From the NCBI GenBank assembly GCA_973895155.1, contig OZ316898.1, positions 12,175,187 to 12,239,186 of the forward strand: DNA of 64,000 bases, given 5' to 3'. The stretch is from Marsupella aquatica. Lineage: Eukaryota; Plantae; Marchantiophyta. The position numbers and the translations under genes were made by a program. The notes under the pieces are model-generated. The model searched no databases. It was not told where the DNA came from and saw nothing but the letters and a program-made list of their open reading frames with translations. Of the stretch, positions 51,440-64,000 are shown one piece after another; within the stretch, counting starts at the first letter, position 1; each line of letters starts with the position of its first letter.

Positions 51440-53300
51440 AGAATGCTGCAGAGATACATATTTGCAGGACTAAATATATCATTGGAAGAAGCCAACCAGC
51501 CCGGGAACCAGCCTTTTATAGAATTGGTGTAAACTGTTGCCAAATTTTGTGGCTTTACTCGTCTACTGAGTAGGAACAATTAAGGCTCATTTGAGTCAAA
51601 ACCCGACTTGTCTACTTGTGCTGCAAATCATTTTTGCACAATACATTAGACCTCGGATGCCTTCTTCATCAAGAATCTTATCCAATTATGATCAGTGAAA
51701 TTTTGCAGCTCGACAATCCTTCTCTACAAGGGAGTGAGCTCATACCAAATATAGTTTACTTTACTTAAGCACAACCTGAATATCAAATTAGACAGGACAA
51801 AATGATCACCGGGATTATCGAGACCAGAAAAGGGTGAAATGTGGTCAGATAAGCGCTTCACCTATTATAGGTAAAATCGGGGGGTAAATCCGGCTGCCTC
51901 TCCCCTGACAGAATCCTTTGTGGACAATGTCACTATCGAAACTACGATTCAGGTACTATCCAAAAGCTGCTGCATTTGCTTTGATCAGGTGAAGCTTACA
52001 GTTGGACGTGTGGCACACAATCTTAACGTTGGGAATCAGACTCTGCACTCCTACACGTGACCAGAGTTTTGGGCGCGTGATTTACATATTTGTGTTGTTG
52101 ACAATCATAATACTCCAAGTTATTGACATTTCCAGTAACACCGAGAACTAGGAATGACTCTTATATATGACAATATCCCACCAGAATTTTGCTCATGTCG
52201 TTTTCAACTCCCAGCTCAAAAGGATCGTGCACATTTCTAAGACACATCTGCGGATCTTCTACGACTACCGATTCCAAGCCCTGGACCTGCTTGCTCTACA
52301 CAATGAACCAGGTCATTGATTTCCTCAGTCAAAGACTAATGCATGATTTCATTTTCAATGGCTTTCACAACCATACCTACACAAATCAGAAGCAAATACA
52401 CCGGTAATGGTCTACATCTCTTGTCTGGCTAGTTTTATAGAAACAATGAGTGTACCTGTCGTGCAATGTCCCTGTGAAATGCTACAATCTTGGTTCGGGC
52501 CGATTTGGAATGTTTTCTGTTGCCTTATTAACTGCTTTGACCATGCCAAGGTGGCCTGTACTCACAAAAGTCATGCACAAAGAAATGAGAATGATAGGAA
52601 TACAACAGCCATTGAACAGAATACGTTTATCGAAATACATCAGTAAAATCGAGCATGCTAACTTAGGAAAACTAATTTGCGGCTGAAAATTGCTGGGGGC
52701 TTCAAATAGTCATCATGTGCAGGTAATTTGTTCTTGGCACAATTAAAGAAATCGCAACACTGCTCCAATACTACTCCCGTTTAGAAGAATGTTTAGTCCG
52801 AATGATGAACAGCATTTTTTATCGCTAATCTGAAACGAAGTTTGCGCATCTAAGAAGGTACTGAAAAGCTTTAGTTTACAAAGTGAGCAGATTTGTGAAA
52901 TCCAAAAATACTCGCAATGTACCACTGTTTCCTGAACTCCGGGATGCAAAGGAAGATTTCTGGGAAGGGATTCTTTTATATAGGACCTTTCGCTTGTCAA
53001 CCTCCACCCCTAATCTCCCCATATGTACGTCAACTCACCCTGCAGCACATGATCCAGAATCGAGCCCAGACTAAGTTTGAAACAATCCATCTTTGTTCAC
53101 AGGATTCGGATCACATCCACTTTTAACAATTGTTCAATGTAAGCTAGAATTTTTTTATCCTGCTCACAAGAAATTCTCCCTCTCATGTGAACATCTTAGG
53201 CCATACGTACAACATTCGTAGTCAACATCTTATGAAATGCAACATGAGCTTCTTGTTTAGACTGATAAGGAATGAAAGCTGCCGACTCTGTTCAGGTTTG
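51440..53300. repeat. Module X copy 1 (homologous to about 61930-63975)
   Basis: Collinear similarity, e.g. TTTTGCAGCTCGACAA...CTACAAGGGAGTGAGCTCATACCA. Reading frames are broken. Confidence 0.8.
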
Positions 53301-54718
53301 ATGCGCATTATGATAGAGCTCTGAGTTAACTTAATTAAAACCATCTGAATCCAACTATTGTGCATTTAAGTGAATCATGTAACATTCCCGGTAACATCTT
53401 AATTGCAACCTCAATATTCATAGCGGGCTCCATGTACTTTCGTTTTGTTCCAACTTTGGAGTATATTGTAATCACATCCATAGAAAAGTGAATGATACAA
53501 CTCTTCTTGACATCTGCATCCCGATTTGTATCAAACGGAGGCTGGGAACACAGGGCAATACCGCAGGATAAGACGATTGAATGCCAAATTTTCTTCATTT
53601 TGTAATCCATACTTGTAGCACTTGACTGATGTACATGTCTTCAGTTAAAGGTCCCAAGGAGGCTGAAACCAAACAGCAGAGAAACTGTCTTGAGTAATGA
53701 CATTAATTTATAAAAGACACGGGCCGTATACTTACAAGGCTCATTACTTGATTGGGATCAGAAAAATGAGGAACTCGGCCACACAAATCCCAAAGACTTA
53801 AAGTGAAACTAGGCGACTTAACACAGTAGAGTTGGCGTAATTCGTGTCCCACTGACCACCAAATATTCTTCTTGCTAATAGACCTTTGACTGGTTAGTCA
53901 ACACTTGCAGCTCACCTGCTCCTTGAAGTGGAATTTGATGGTCTTTAGGAAATTATTTACGACAACGCTATTTATGCTTCAATTGTGTTAGCCAGCACCA
54001 ACCTGAAGAAGTCTATGCTTCAGATCCTGAATATAACCCGCTCCAACCCAGAAGAAGAGATCTTGCGAGTCAGTCCAGCTGGTCCTTCTCTGTTTTCTGA
54101 TGTATGTGATTACATACAACGACTGACAATTATACTCACTTTCAGCTAACCCAATATCAACAGGTATGAACTACTTCGAACAGGACCACTGTCTAGGTTG
54201 ACGCGGGGGCTGAAGTTTAACCAGCTCCGTAAAACATATATGATCGCCCGTGTTCTTTCATTTTGCAATACGGGGAGTGTAGAATGGAGTCCCAGGATTA
54301 TCGAGGGGATTACGAGAATGGAATTTATTGTGCGGTTGTAACAAGTCAGGTCAGGCAGGTGTTTCGATGTGTTTCGTCATCTTGATCGATCCTAGCTGTG
54401 GGGTATGCGTGTCCTCTCTGTTCGGCCGTCATAATGTAGCGGACACATGATGGCATTGGGGAGCTATAAGTCTCGCAAGCAGGTACGCTTCCTACTCCCT
54501 AACTAGACAAACAACTTAAGTAGGGGTCAGTTCTCCAACGATGAGACGAAATCAGCAGTGACATCAGAGATTGACAATTATGTCATTCCTTGAGAGAATC
54601 CAAAGAGCTTACGTACCATGAATTACTCTTCTTCAATGGTCACCTGTTTGAGCCATTGCACAAACAGTTTCAAATCTGTCGCCGAATGCAACAGTAACCC
54701 CAATCTTCGCTTCAACAA

Positions 54719-54775
54719 CTATTTCGTTTACTTATAAAAGACAGCAGCCCGGTCCTAGTCTCATCAGTTCGCTAG
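54719..54775 (+). promoter_or_regulatory. Pol II core promoter of pri-miRNA copy D
   Basis: Same TATA block (TATAAAA at 54733) and TCATCAGTTCGCTAG. Confidence 0.75.
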
Positions 54776-54982
54776 CTAGTTAGTAGTAAGACTGCCTTCT
54801 TGACTTAGTTGCTGGTGAGTGATTGATCTACTACTACTTCCCTCACGAATGGATCTGTCAGCGACCTCGTCCTGGATCGAGTGATCCAGGCGGCCGGACG
54901 AGGAAGGAAGCCAGAATCCCTGACTCGATCGCAATCGCAAATTAACCCAGCAGAACAGCAGTGGATGGAACGTTCCCCGCAT

Positions 54983-55077
54983 GGTTTTTGCGCTTGCACA
55001 CTGGTCTCTTCACCCACAAACATTAGCAGGGTGCGGTGTTTGTGGGAGAAGAGGCCAATGTCCAAACGTAAAAAACC
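54983..55077 (+). ncRNA. FRH1: pre-miRNA hairpin D, predicted mature 55041-55061 UGUGGGAGAAGAGGCCAAUGU (U5G variant)
   Basis: Homologous hairpin. G55045 pairs with C55014, where the other copies have a U:A pair. Confidence 0.75.
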
Positions 55078-58000
55078 TTTCTTACGCAATTTAGATGGCG
55101 TGACCCGGGCTCCGAAGAGTAACGAGACTCGAATTAAAGCAGCGGTCGACATTTCATTCTCAGCAGCTATTGTAGAATCAGCAAGACGATCACAATCAAC
55201 TACGCAGGTAAGTTACTTTGCTCACTCAGGGATGAATAAGCACCCTCTACATTTAGCGACCACCTACGTACCTACCAGGGAACGGGAGACTCTACGTCCT
55301 TGCGGCAGCAGCTGGTTGGCCAAAAATAAGTTGAAACAGATGATATATTACTACGGTGATTTTTAGTCACCTATGATCCGCATGGTTTTTCCTAGACCGG
55401 AAGTCATGAAGGGCCCAGTACGATTTCGTTTAATAAGCTCTACTCATACTCAGATACATCGGTTTGTTGCCTGAGCCGAGCTGCAAAGTCTAGTTCTTCA
55501 GTTGAGAGATTTCGAAAACTTGTTGTAGCTAAATAGTCTACATACCTAGAACATTGCATTCCTGGAAACTCTCCAAACAATGATTTACAATTACTTTTGT
55601 GCAATAAAGACCAGTTTGTTTAAAGTCCTCAGTGCATATGTTACATTCTGGCATCGATTCGTTATGATAGTTTTTATTTCATCTCATTGATGTCTGGCTC
55701 TTGGGACCGGACCAAAGTTGGTGCGATCGATTCGAATCAAGATTTTCTACCATCACTCCAATCATGCCCTCAAGCTTGTGTACCATCACTCCAATCATGC
55801 CCTCACCTGGCGATTTCTTCCGTAGTTATTGGAGCTAGTCAAAGAAGGCTTGTGTACCATCACTCCACTCATGGCATTCCAATGAGGCGCAATCGTTCTA
55901 GGGCTCAGAACATTACAGAGCAGTGCACTGGGGATGTACTTAATTCCTCTGTAGTTGGTCTTGCACAAGGCGATCTCGCAACTTAAACCAATCACCTGTC
56001 GTCTGAAGACTCTAAAGGTAGAAATTAACAAGGAGTTCGTTATGGGACCAATTGACTTAATTTCACCCAAGTTTCGTTGCTGAGCCCGTTGCTGAGTTCA
56101 AATCCATAAACTAAGAAAGATACCTTGTGACGATAGTATGTTCAGGACGAGCTCAGACATGTGAGGTACAAGGAGCGATATTCTGCATGAACCCAGCACT
56201 TGTTTGTGATTGGTAACTAGTATGCGGTCTTAGGTAGAATACAAGACGGTAGCAGCAAATAAGAATCGAACGTTAACCAAACCAGTACTGCTTTAAGATT
56301 AGATGCCGCATGACCAAGGACGTTCACAGTTCACCAAGGCATTCACAGTTGCTCGCGCTCGATCGAGATTCAGAATGAGCTAGAAATGCTCTAAACCTAT
56401 TTTAATTGCATTCACAATCGCGGACTTGTTGAAGAATTAATGGAATTTCATACGTCAGTGATCTTCAAATTGTGTCCGTGTACATTAGTTGTTCAATGAA
56501 GTAAACAAATCATAACACCTTCGCCAATTGTCAAACTAGTTTACTACTTGGACTTTCAAACATTTAGTTGCCAGAGCTGAATTCAATCGCTCACCGCTGC
56601 ACACTCGACTAGGTTATTTGGCGAGTGCGGGCTGAGAATGTTTTGATATATATGATCTCATATCATGACTAGTTCATTTGGTGATGAACTGTGCGCGGTG
56701 AGAATGTTTTTTGAGTCCACCGCATATCGTGACTTTTTGTCCCATGAGAGAAAGGTCTTCACGTCTTAACAACTAAATTCGAGGTGTGCACTAGGCGTTT
56801 CGATCTTTAACCAGTCAATGACGATAACGGGAACCGCTGCGCTGTTCGAGAAGTTCTGAGTGAGTTGCACGCTTTCTGGAATAGTACGCACAAAATTTTG
56901 AGCTGACCTTCATGCACCAGCTAGGTCTGCGGTGGGTTGGAGGAGGACGTTCACAAGGCTTTGTGGCCAGGAATAGAGGGGCATGGTTCCATATATTTGA
57001 GATCAATGAATTCCAGGCAAGAAAGTCTTGGTAGCGAATCTTCACTGGTGAAGCCCTTGATACAGTGCTTCTTCGGTAAGCGGCCTTGCTTATACATGGT
57101 GAGCTTGGAACTTTGATTATTCTCCTCGTTTGTTTTATCATACAAACTTTACGAATTTGTTCCCAAATATATCCAAATGCACGAATGTCAACAAAGGGTG
57201 ATGCCTAATGGTGTGGAAATGAATCGAAACACTGCAATCTATGTACAGATTATGATCTGCGTTTCGTGTGTTCAACGAGTAGTTTTCTCTTACTTGATGT
57301 GCTTTATGGCGGACCTCGGGCGGACCTTTATATGCACAACGTACTGCGTTGCAGATTTCCTGAACGAGGTAGGGTTATGTCCCAGATGATCTGGAAAGGT
57401 CGATATCTAGGAACTTAACGCCTCGAAGATATCCTGGTGCGAATGGATCCGTTGGCAGTGCATGAAACAATTTGCCGAAAGACTAATATACTAATTTAAT
57501 CGACAGAACATTAGTCTTTCCGCGCCCAGCGCCTTGGGGCATGGGCGATTTGCAAAATTAGAGTTAGATTACCGTAATGTCTGTTCACTGGAAAGATAGC
57601 CTATTTGTCCGACCCAAAGCAACCGAGTTTCCAGAAGCGCTTGAATTTTTCAAACAGAAACCTGTCTGACTGCCAGTGCAATTTATAACCTTCAGCGTCG
57701 ATCCGAAGTTTTGAGCAGCATCCGTTAGCGAGGCCATAGATTGCTTAAAAAGTCACTTAGCACGCTAGCTTGTTGCTCATGAAGTTCTGGAGGAATCTCG
57801 TTCGCTAAATATCAAACCCTCAACAAGTTCATTTATTATACAACGAGATCCGATCGGCCCCACTTAATTTGAGATACAAGTAGGGCGCCATTGACGACGT
57901 ACCTCTGTGGATTATAATACCATGCAGCTCCTCTGCATGTACAGCACATCGATGACGCTGTTGATGCTGAGTCACTTAGTAGGAAGTCTAAATAGAACTT

Positions 58001-61000
58001 ACTAGCACTATCCCCCTCAGCAGTGCTCACCTGGTGAGACTTGGTCATCTCCACACAGGACCAAAACAGTGAATCTATCTTTTGCATGGATCATAACCTG
58101 GTCTTTCAAATAATGTGTTTTCGATTCTCTGGTATGAATCGAAGCTTCAAGCAGATCGCTAACTTCTTGCGCTCAATGTCCAAGACTTACATCAGATTCG
58201 GAATTTTGTTGTACAGTGCTTCATCTCAGTATGCCTCATGCACCTTCCCTTCACCTAGATCAGGTCATATTTTTCACCGTTTCAGGATCTAGCTAGCTTC
58301 GTCAAACTTCACAAAGGTCTGGAATGTTTTTGGCTGGGAAACTCGTGGACAAGCTTGTACGCATCGCCGGTGTATTCTTCCCGGTAATTGTTCTGCTTAC
58401 GTCGCACATGCCAACATATTCCTGGCCACCGTCAGAATACTTAAACCAGATGCATGGTAGGTTCAGTATGAATCGAATACTGCAGGAGATACTGCATGCC
58501 TGGGGGTGTGTGAACTCCTTGGGTAGATTGTGTGCCTGCAGACAGAACTCTGTTTGTTTGGACTTCTTTGACCTAGCTATAGATCATACTTAATTAACTA
58601 GTCCATCCCAGGTTCCACTGACAACACTCAAATTTCATTAGACTTATTATCTGTACAGCAGTCTCTAGCTCGTCTATGGAAACGGATGGAAGAGACCGAA
58701 CAGCGCTCCGCATCATATCATGATATTGAACAAATACTACAGCTACTGTAGAGCCGGGTTGCTTATTTGATAGCAGTATATCCAACCGTAACCGATAACC
58801 TTCGTAGTACTGACAGAGTACACAAACCTATCATGATGGATTGATTTAAAGAAATGTCGCCGGCGTTGTGAAGGTATCGATCCTGTCCGATCATCCGGCC
58901 AACTTACTTACACGGTGCCGCACGATGTTGGCTAGCTAGCTACTTCAATTCTTAAGGTGTTCAACAGTCTGACCAGGCATATAACGATGCATGAGGTCAC
59001 TCTGGGATGGAGGGAGATGACCAGCTTAGAATATAGGATGCCCTGGGAAACAACTTTAAGCTCAATCCAAGCTTGTCTGAGGTGAGTATATACACTAGAC
59101 ACCACGGACCAAACAACGCAGCCGTGCTGGCACACATTGGATCCTGGAGCAAGTAAACACTACGTACAACCTTCCATAAACCCCTGTGTCTGGCTTATCA
59201 CACATGCATCCTACTTAGACGCTACGGACAAGCTCTTCAGGACCGCGGGACGCTGGAGACCTACTGTGGAGCCATAGAAGTATGGCTGCTGCCTCGTTTG
59301 ATCAATTCACTGCACCCCTGCCTGCCGGCCAGCCCCAGTTGCCACCGTCACAAACATTGATACAATCTGTACACAGTGATCCATGATGTCCTGTACCTTC
59401 TCCTTCCAGTTCGTCCGTGAATCTCGTTTGTTATGAAGATCTGCTGGAGAGTGTAGTACAACTCCAGTCCGACATCGATATTTCGGGAAATCTCTAGGGG
59501 AATCGAAAATGGAATTCATCAATCAATCAAGGCCATCGTTAGTTGGGATTTGTCCCTCCATGCATGGTCAGTCCCCTGCTGTCCCGGTTCAGAACCATAT
59601 TTTTCGGAGGTTCTTCTCTTGCATGATCTGTCCCCAGCCAGGGATACGACGGCCAAGTTTATAATCTTCACCAAGCCTTGCCATAAAACCATCAATCCAG
59701 CACTGCAAGGAGGGGGAGGTAACATGTAAGCTCAACGGGCCCGCTCTCACCGGTAGCCCACCTCTCGGCAGGAAGAAAGCTTCCCAGTTCCCACCATGGC
59801 GCCCGCTCGGGTACACTCTTTGCAGTATCTAGATCTCACCTAAACTATTTTAGTCTCACCTAATTTATTAATTGTGATATTATATTTAGAGCAGGTGTGT
59901 GACTAATCTATGTAACGAAGGTGGGCCAGTGAGGTTAGATATTAACTGAATTCTGTGGCTGGGAGAAATTATGAGGACCAGAATGATGATGGACCAGAAG
60001 CACCCGCCCCCCGGATATAACTTGCCAACAGGAACCTTGCAGTACAGGAACACTCTGAAGGAATCCCGTGGGACACGGAAGTGCAGTGTTCTTGGGAAAC
60101 CTTTCCACTCGACAAGTGATAGGAATTTGAATCAACCTCTGAAACCCCTCCCGTGGATTAGGTGGACAACGGTGTAATCAGAAGAATAACAAAAGGATAG
60201 TCTCATGACATCTTTTGTATGATGCCGTCGTTTTGCGACAAAGCACTAGCGTCATGAGAATCACCTTTTCTTCGTCCTATGTGGCTTGCTAAATTAGGAA
60301 TTGACCTCCGTACATGCACAAACACAACCTAAATGCATAAATTCCTCTGTTCATGCAATAGGTTGTGTTTTGTGTAAACGCAACCAAAGAGCAAGGAGAC
60401 TTTACCCATAATTGACATTACCATTCGGAAAAGGGAAACGATGCCTACGGAATACTTTCACTTGTGCTTTGAACCGGAGAGCAGCTCAAACGTAAATGGG
60501 AGAGCAATCCATATGTGAAACAAACAGACACCCAGCCGTGAAACAATCTAACAGTGTATGAACATCTGTACTGAACGAAGAATAAGCAGAAGAGGGAGGC
60601 GAAAAGTCCATAGTGCACCATAATTCTATAAACCGAACTAAATGTTGTCTGCAAATGTATGACCACCACTTACGAGAGAGCACTGGCAGACAGAGCAAGA
60701 ACAAGCCTACGAATTTCCGTTTCAGAACCTAGGCGGCGGCTGCCAACCCTAAACAAATCCGCTCTACCTTTTGAGTTAGTCGAGGCCTTTCCAAAAATCT
60801 CCCATTGAATGAGACATTGTCCCGTAATATTTGACTCGGTGGCGCATTTCTAGCGCAGTGACCATCACATCCGAATGTCAAGCTACGAGACAGCTATTGG
60901 ATTCAGTGCAAGGATGGAGTCGGGAAGAAGTTGGTCAATGGCACAATTAACACACTTCGTTTAGGGGACCAAAGGAGCGAGATATTTTATGGGGTCGTAC

Positions 61001-64000
61001 AGGTCCCCAACAAGCTTTTACAAGTCGGTATCATGTTTAAACACTCCACTTTGCCAGTCAACGAACACTTTATTCTCAACCCTTTGAAACTTACGGTAGC
61101 AAAGAAAAGACAGTGCAGTCAGGGCAAATCTCCCTCATCTGAGAATTCGCAAGTCCCGTTCCCTATATTAACTGAAGTTGTTCCCATTGTCAATTGACGT
61201 GTGTAATAGCAAGTAAAATCACCTGTAGTTTAATTGTCTGATGTCTTCTGGATCTCTAGTGTTGCATCAGTTGCTTCAAAAACTTCCCTACTGACGGAAT
61301 CCAGAATGATACAAAGCCACCATGCTGAGCAAAAGGTGTAGGAGAGCAGCACTAAGATCAACTTCCTAATTGTGACTGTCACTCATGGCCCCTGCATTAT
61401 TCGAGAAGACTTGAAGAAATGATCAACCACTTACCCTGTAGGCCGGGGAACAACCATCGTTGCTTGCACAGGATAGCATGACCACTGCTGAAACCTTCAT
61501 TAGGACGCTCTTCCGACACTTCACAACCATCAAATTTTTAAAGGCTGAAGAGCAAATCATAATATGCCCTCCAGGGTCATACAAATGCACTGGCAATAGG
61601 CTCTACCCTTGTCAAGAGAAGATGGCCTTTTTTCGGGAAAAGTCGTGAATAGCACCAGCCGTCCACCGGGATTTTTCCCTACATTCTTCCTCAAAATCCT
61701 GACCGTTCTCGGAAATTTGGCAGGTATTCCCATAGTGAGAACTTACTCTGCTCTTCGGGTGACCGTCCTAGTGCTGCTCTCTCTTTTGGACAATACATGT
61801 GCACAAGTGATAATTCGTTGCGTTACCCAATAAGTTCAATCATAACTCTAAAGAAGTCGAGTTCTATACTTCGCAACTTCGCAGTCAAAAACCCGAGACA
61901 CGAAGAAAAATATAGATTGGACCTTTGTGATCGAGAATGCTGCAGAGACAATCATTTGCAGGACTAAATCATTGGAAGAAACGCCATGATGAGAACTAAA
62001 CCAAATTGCGAGTCCCACGTCTTGAAAACGGCTGTGTTCCATTAGAATCAAGGAAGGAGACACTGGCGACACATATAAAAAGTGCGTCAACCAGCCTTTT
62101 TATTCACTAGTTGTAAACTGTTGGCAAAATTTCATGAACTAATCACCTGCTGAGTAGAATAAAGCTCATTTGATTCACAGCCCTGACTCGTCTACTTGTG
62201 CTGCAAATCATTTTTACACGAAAATACACTGGACCTCAAACCGGGATGCCTCCTCCATCATGCCTCGAGTCCAAATATGATCAGTGCAATTTTGCAGCTC
62301 GACAACCTCTCTCTACAAGGGAGTGAGCTCATACCAGATATACACTACTTAAGCACAGCCCGAACCTATCAAATTAGACAGGATAGAATGATCAACAGGG
62401 ATTATCGAGACCAGAAAAGGGTGAAATGCGTTCAGATAAGCGCTTAACCTATTATCCGTAAACTCCGGCTGCCTCCCCACACACAGAATCCTTCGTGGCC
62501 GACATCAAGTTCGAAACTGTGATTCAAGAACCGTCCATAAGCTGCAGCATTTGATTTCATTCGGTGAAGCTTTAATTGTACTTGTGCACACAACCTTTCA
62601 TTGGGAGTGAGACTGCACTCCAACACGTGACCAGAGCTTTCAGCACATGATATACATATTGATACTGTTGACAATTATAATGCTCCACGTTACTGACATT
62701 TCCGATCAAAGCAAGACCTAGAAATGACCTTCATGTCAATAACCAATAAGAATATGGCTCTGTCGTGTTCAATTACCAGCTGAAAAGGATCTTGCACATT
62801 TCTTAGACACCTCTCCGGATCTTCTACGCCTACAAGTTCTATCCCCTTGACCTACTGGGTGTACACAATGAAACGAAAGTCTATCACTATCCTCTGATTT
62901 CTTCAGTAAAGACTCAACGACTTCACTTCAATGGCTTTCAAAGTACACTTATCACAAATCAGAATCAAACACACTGGTAATGGTCTAGCTCTAATGTCTG
63001 CCTATTTTTATAGGAACACTGTACCTGTCGTGAATGTCCCTGTCAAATGTTATAATCTTGGTTCCGGCCAATTTGGAATGTTTGCTGTTGCCTCATTAAC
63101 TGCTTTGACCAAGGTCACCTGTACTCACAAAAGTCATGCCCAAAGAAATGAGAACGATAGTACTACAACAGAAAAGGTTTAAATAAATACATCAGTAAAA
63201 ATCGAGCATGCCAACATGGAGGAAAACTAATTTGCGCCTTCAAGTTTCCGGGAGGTTCGACTAGCCATCACGTGCAAGTAATCTGTTCTAGGCACAAGAA
63301 ATTGCAACAGTGTTCCAAAGCTTCTCACGTTTGGAAGAATGTTCACTCCGGATGTTAATGAGCATTTTTTGTGGCTAATCTGAAACAAAATTTGCGCGAT
63401 TTGTGCGTTTAAGGGTGCCGAAAAACTTCAGTTTACAAAGTGAGCAGGTTCGTGAAATCCGAAAGTACTCCAAACTTACCACTGTTTCCGGAATTCCAGG
63501 AGGGGGTAAAGGGAGATTTCTGGGAGGATATTCTTCTGTAAAGGACCTCTTGTCAAACCTCCACTCCCCGATCTTCCCATACGTCAACTCACCCTACAAG
63601 AACATGATCCAGAATCCGAGCTCAGACTCAATTTGAAACAATCTATGTTTCTTAATAGGATTCGGATCACACTTTTTATTTTTCAACTTTGGATTTCTCC
63701 GCAATAGATTTAAAAGATTTGTTTTACTTGATTCATCAAAAACTTCATATTTAGTTGCGGGTCTTACAAAAGCGAAAGGTTTTTGTTTGGGAGGTATAAC
63801 CCATGGGAGGTATAAACCCTGTGTAGGTTAAAAACTATCTGTCCTGCTCACAAGAAATTCTTACTATCGTAACATCTTATGAAATGCAACATTCGTACCC
63901 AACTACGTCCTCCGGAAAAATATGGGTTCGTGGTTATACTGATAATGAATCAACGCTGACGACTTTGTTCACTTTTGTTGAGCATAATCGAGGATCAAAT

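Larger units (their letters stand above)
41318..53300 (+). repeat. Tandem duplication unit C (5'-truncated, lacks the conserved promoter)
   Basis: Homology starts at CGGAGTCC...CACTGGCTGCT (compare about 17015 and 34165). Collinear with unit A to about 50.9 kb, followed by module X. Confidence 0.78.
54430..64000 (+). repeat. Tandem duplication unit D, including module X copy 2; runs off the window
   Basis: Collinear with units A, B and C, with large internal deletions. Confidence 0.78.

Noticed and set aside
51300-53610. Family guesses for the decayed frames (TUTase-like HDPFEL, TORNADO1/ROCO, UvrD-TPR, viral L protein)
   Set aside because: Only isolated short resemblances; no diagnostic motif set was found.

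Overview
Eukaryotic plant genomic DNA, probably a liverwort (inferred from the microRNA identity). 1-15.4 kb: nested DNA transposons. A full-length CACTA/En-Spm element (5268-15336; 12-bp TIRs CACTAGTACATT; GAA TSD) sits inside the end of a Sola-like (DUF7869-type) element. The CACTA carries Tnp2 and a SET-domain ORF on the minus strand, which appear to share one first exon by alternative splicing, plus a divergently transcribed TnpA-like gene. 16.6-64 kb: four old, decayed and rearranged tandem duplication units with no long intact ORF. Each keeps a near-identical microRNA hairpin. Its 3' arm (UGUGUGAGAAGAGGCCAAUGU in copies A and C) matches, from memory, the liverwort rhizoid-patterning miRNA FRH1. 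Three copies keep a conserved TATA/initiator promoter. Copy D has a compensated base-pair change at miRNA position 5. Small later insertions include a truncated LINE with a 13-bp TSD, a Helitron-like minisatellite and a MITE-like inverted repeat. All family assignments come from motif recognition by eye; no database search was run.
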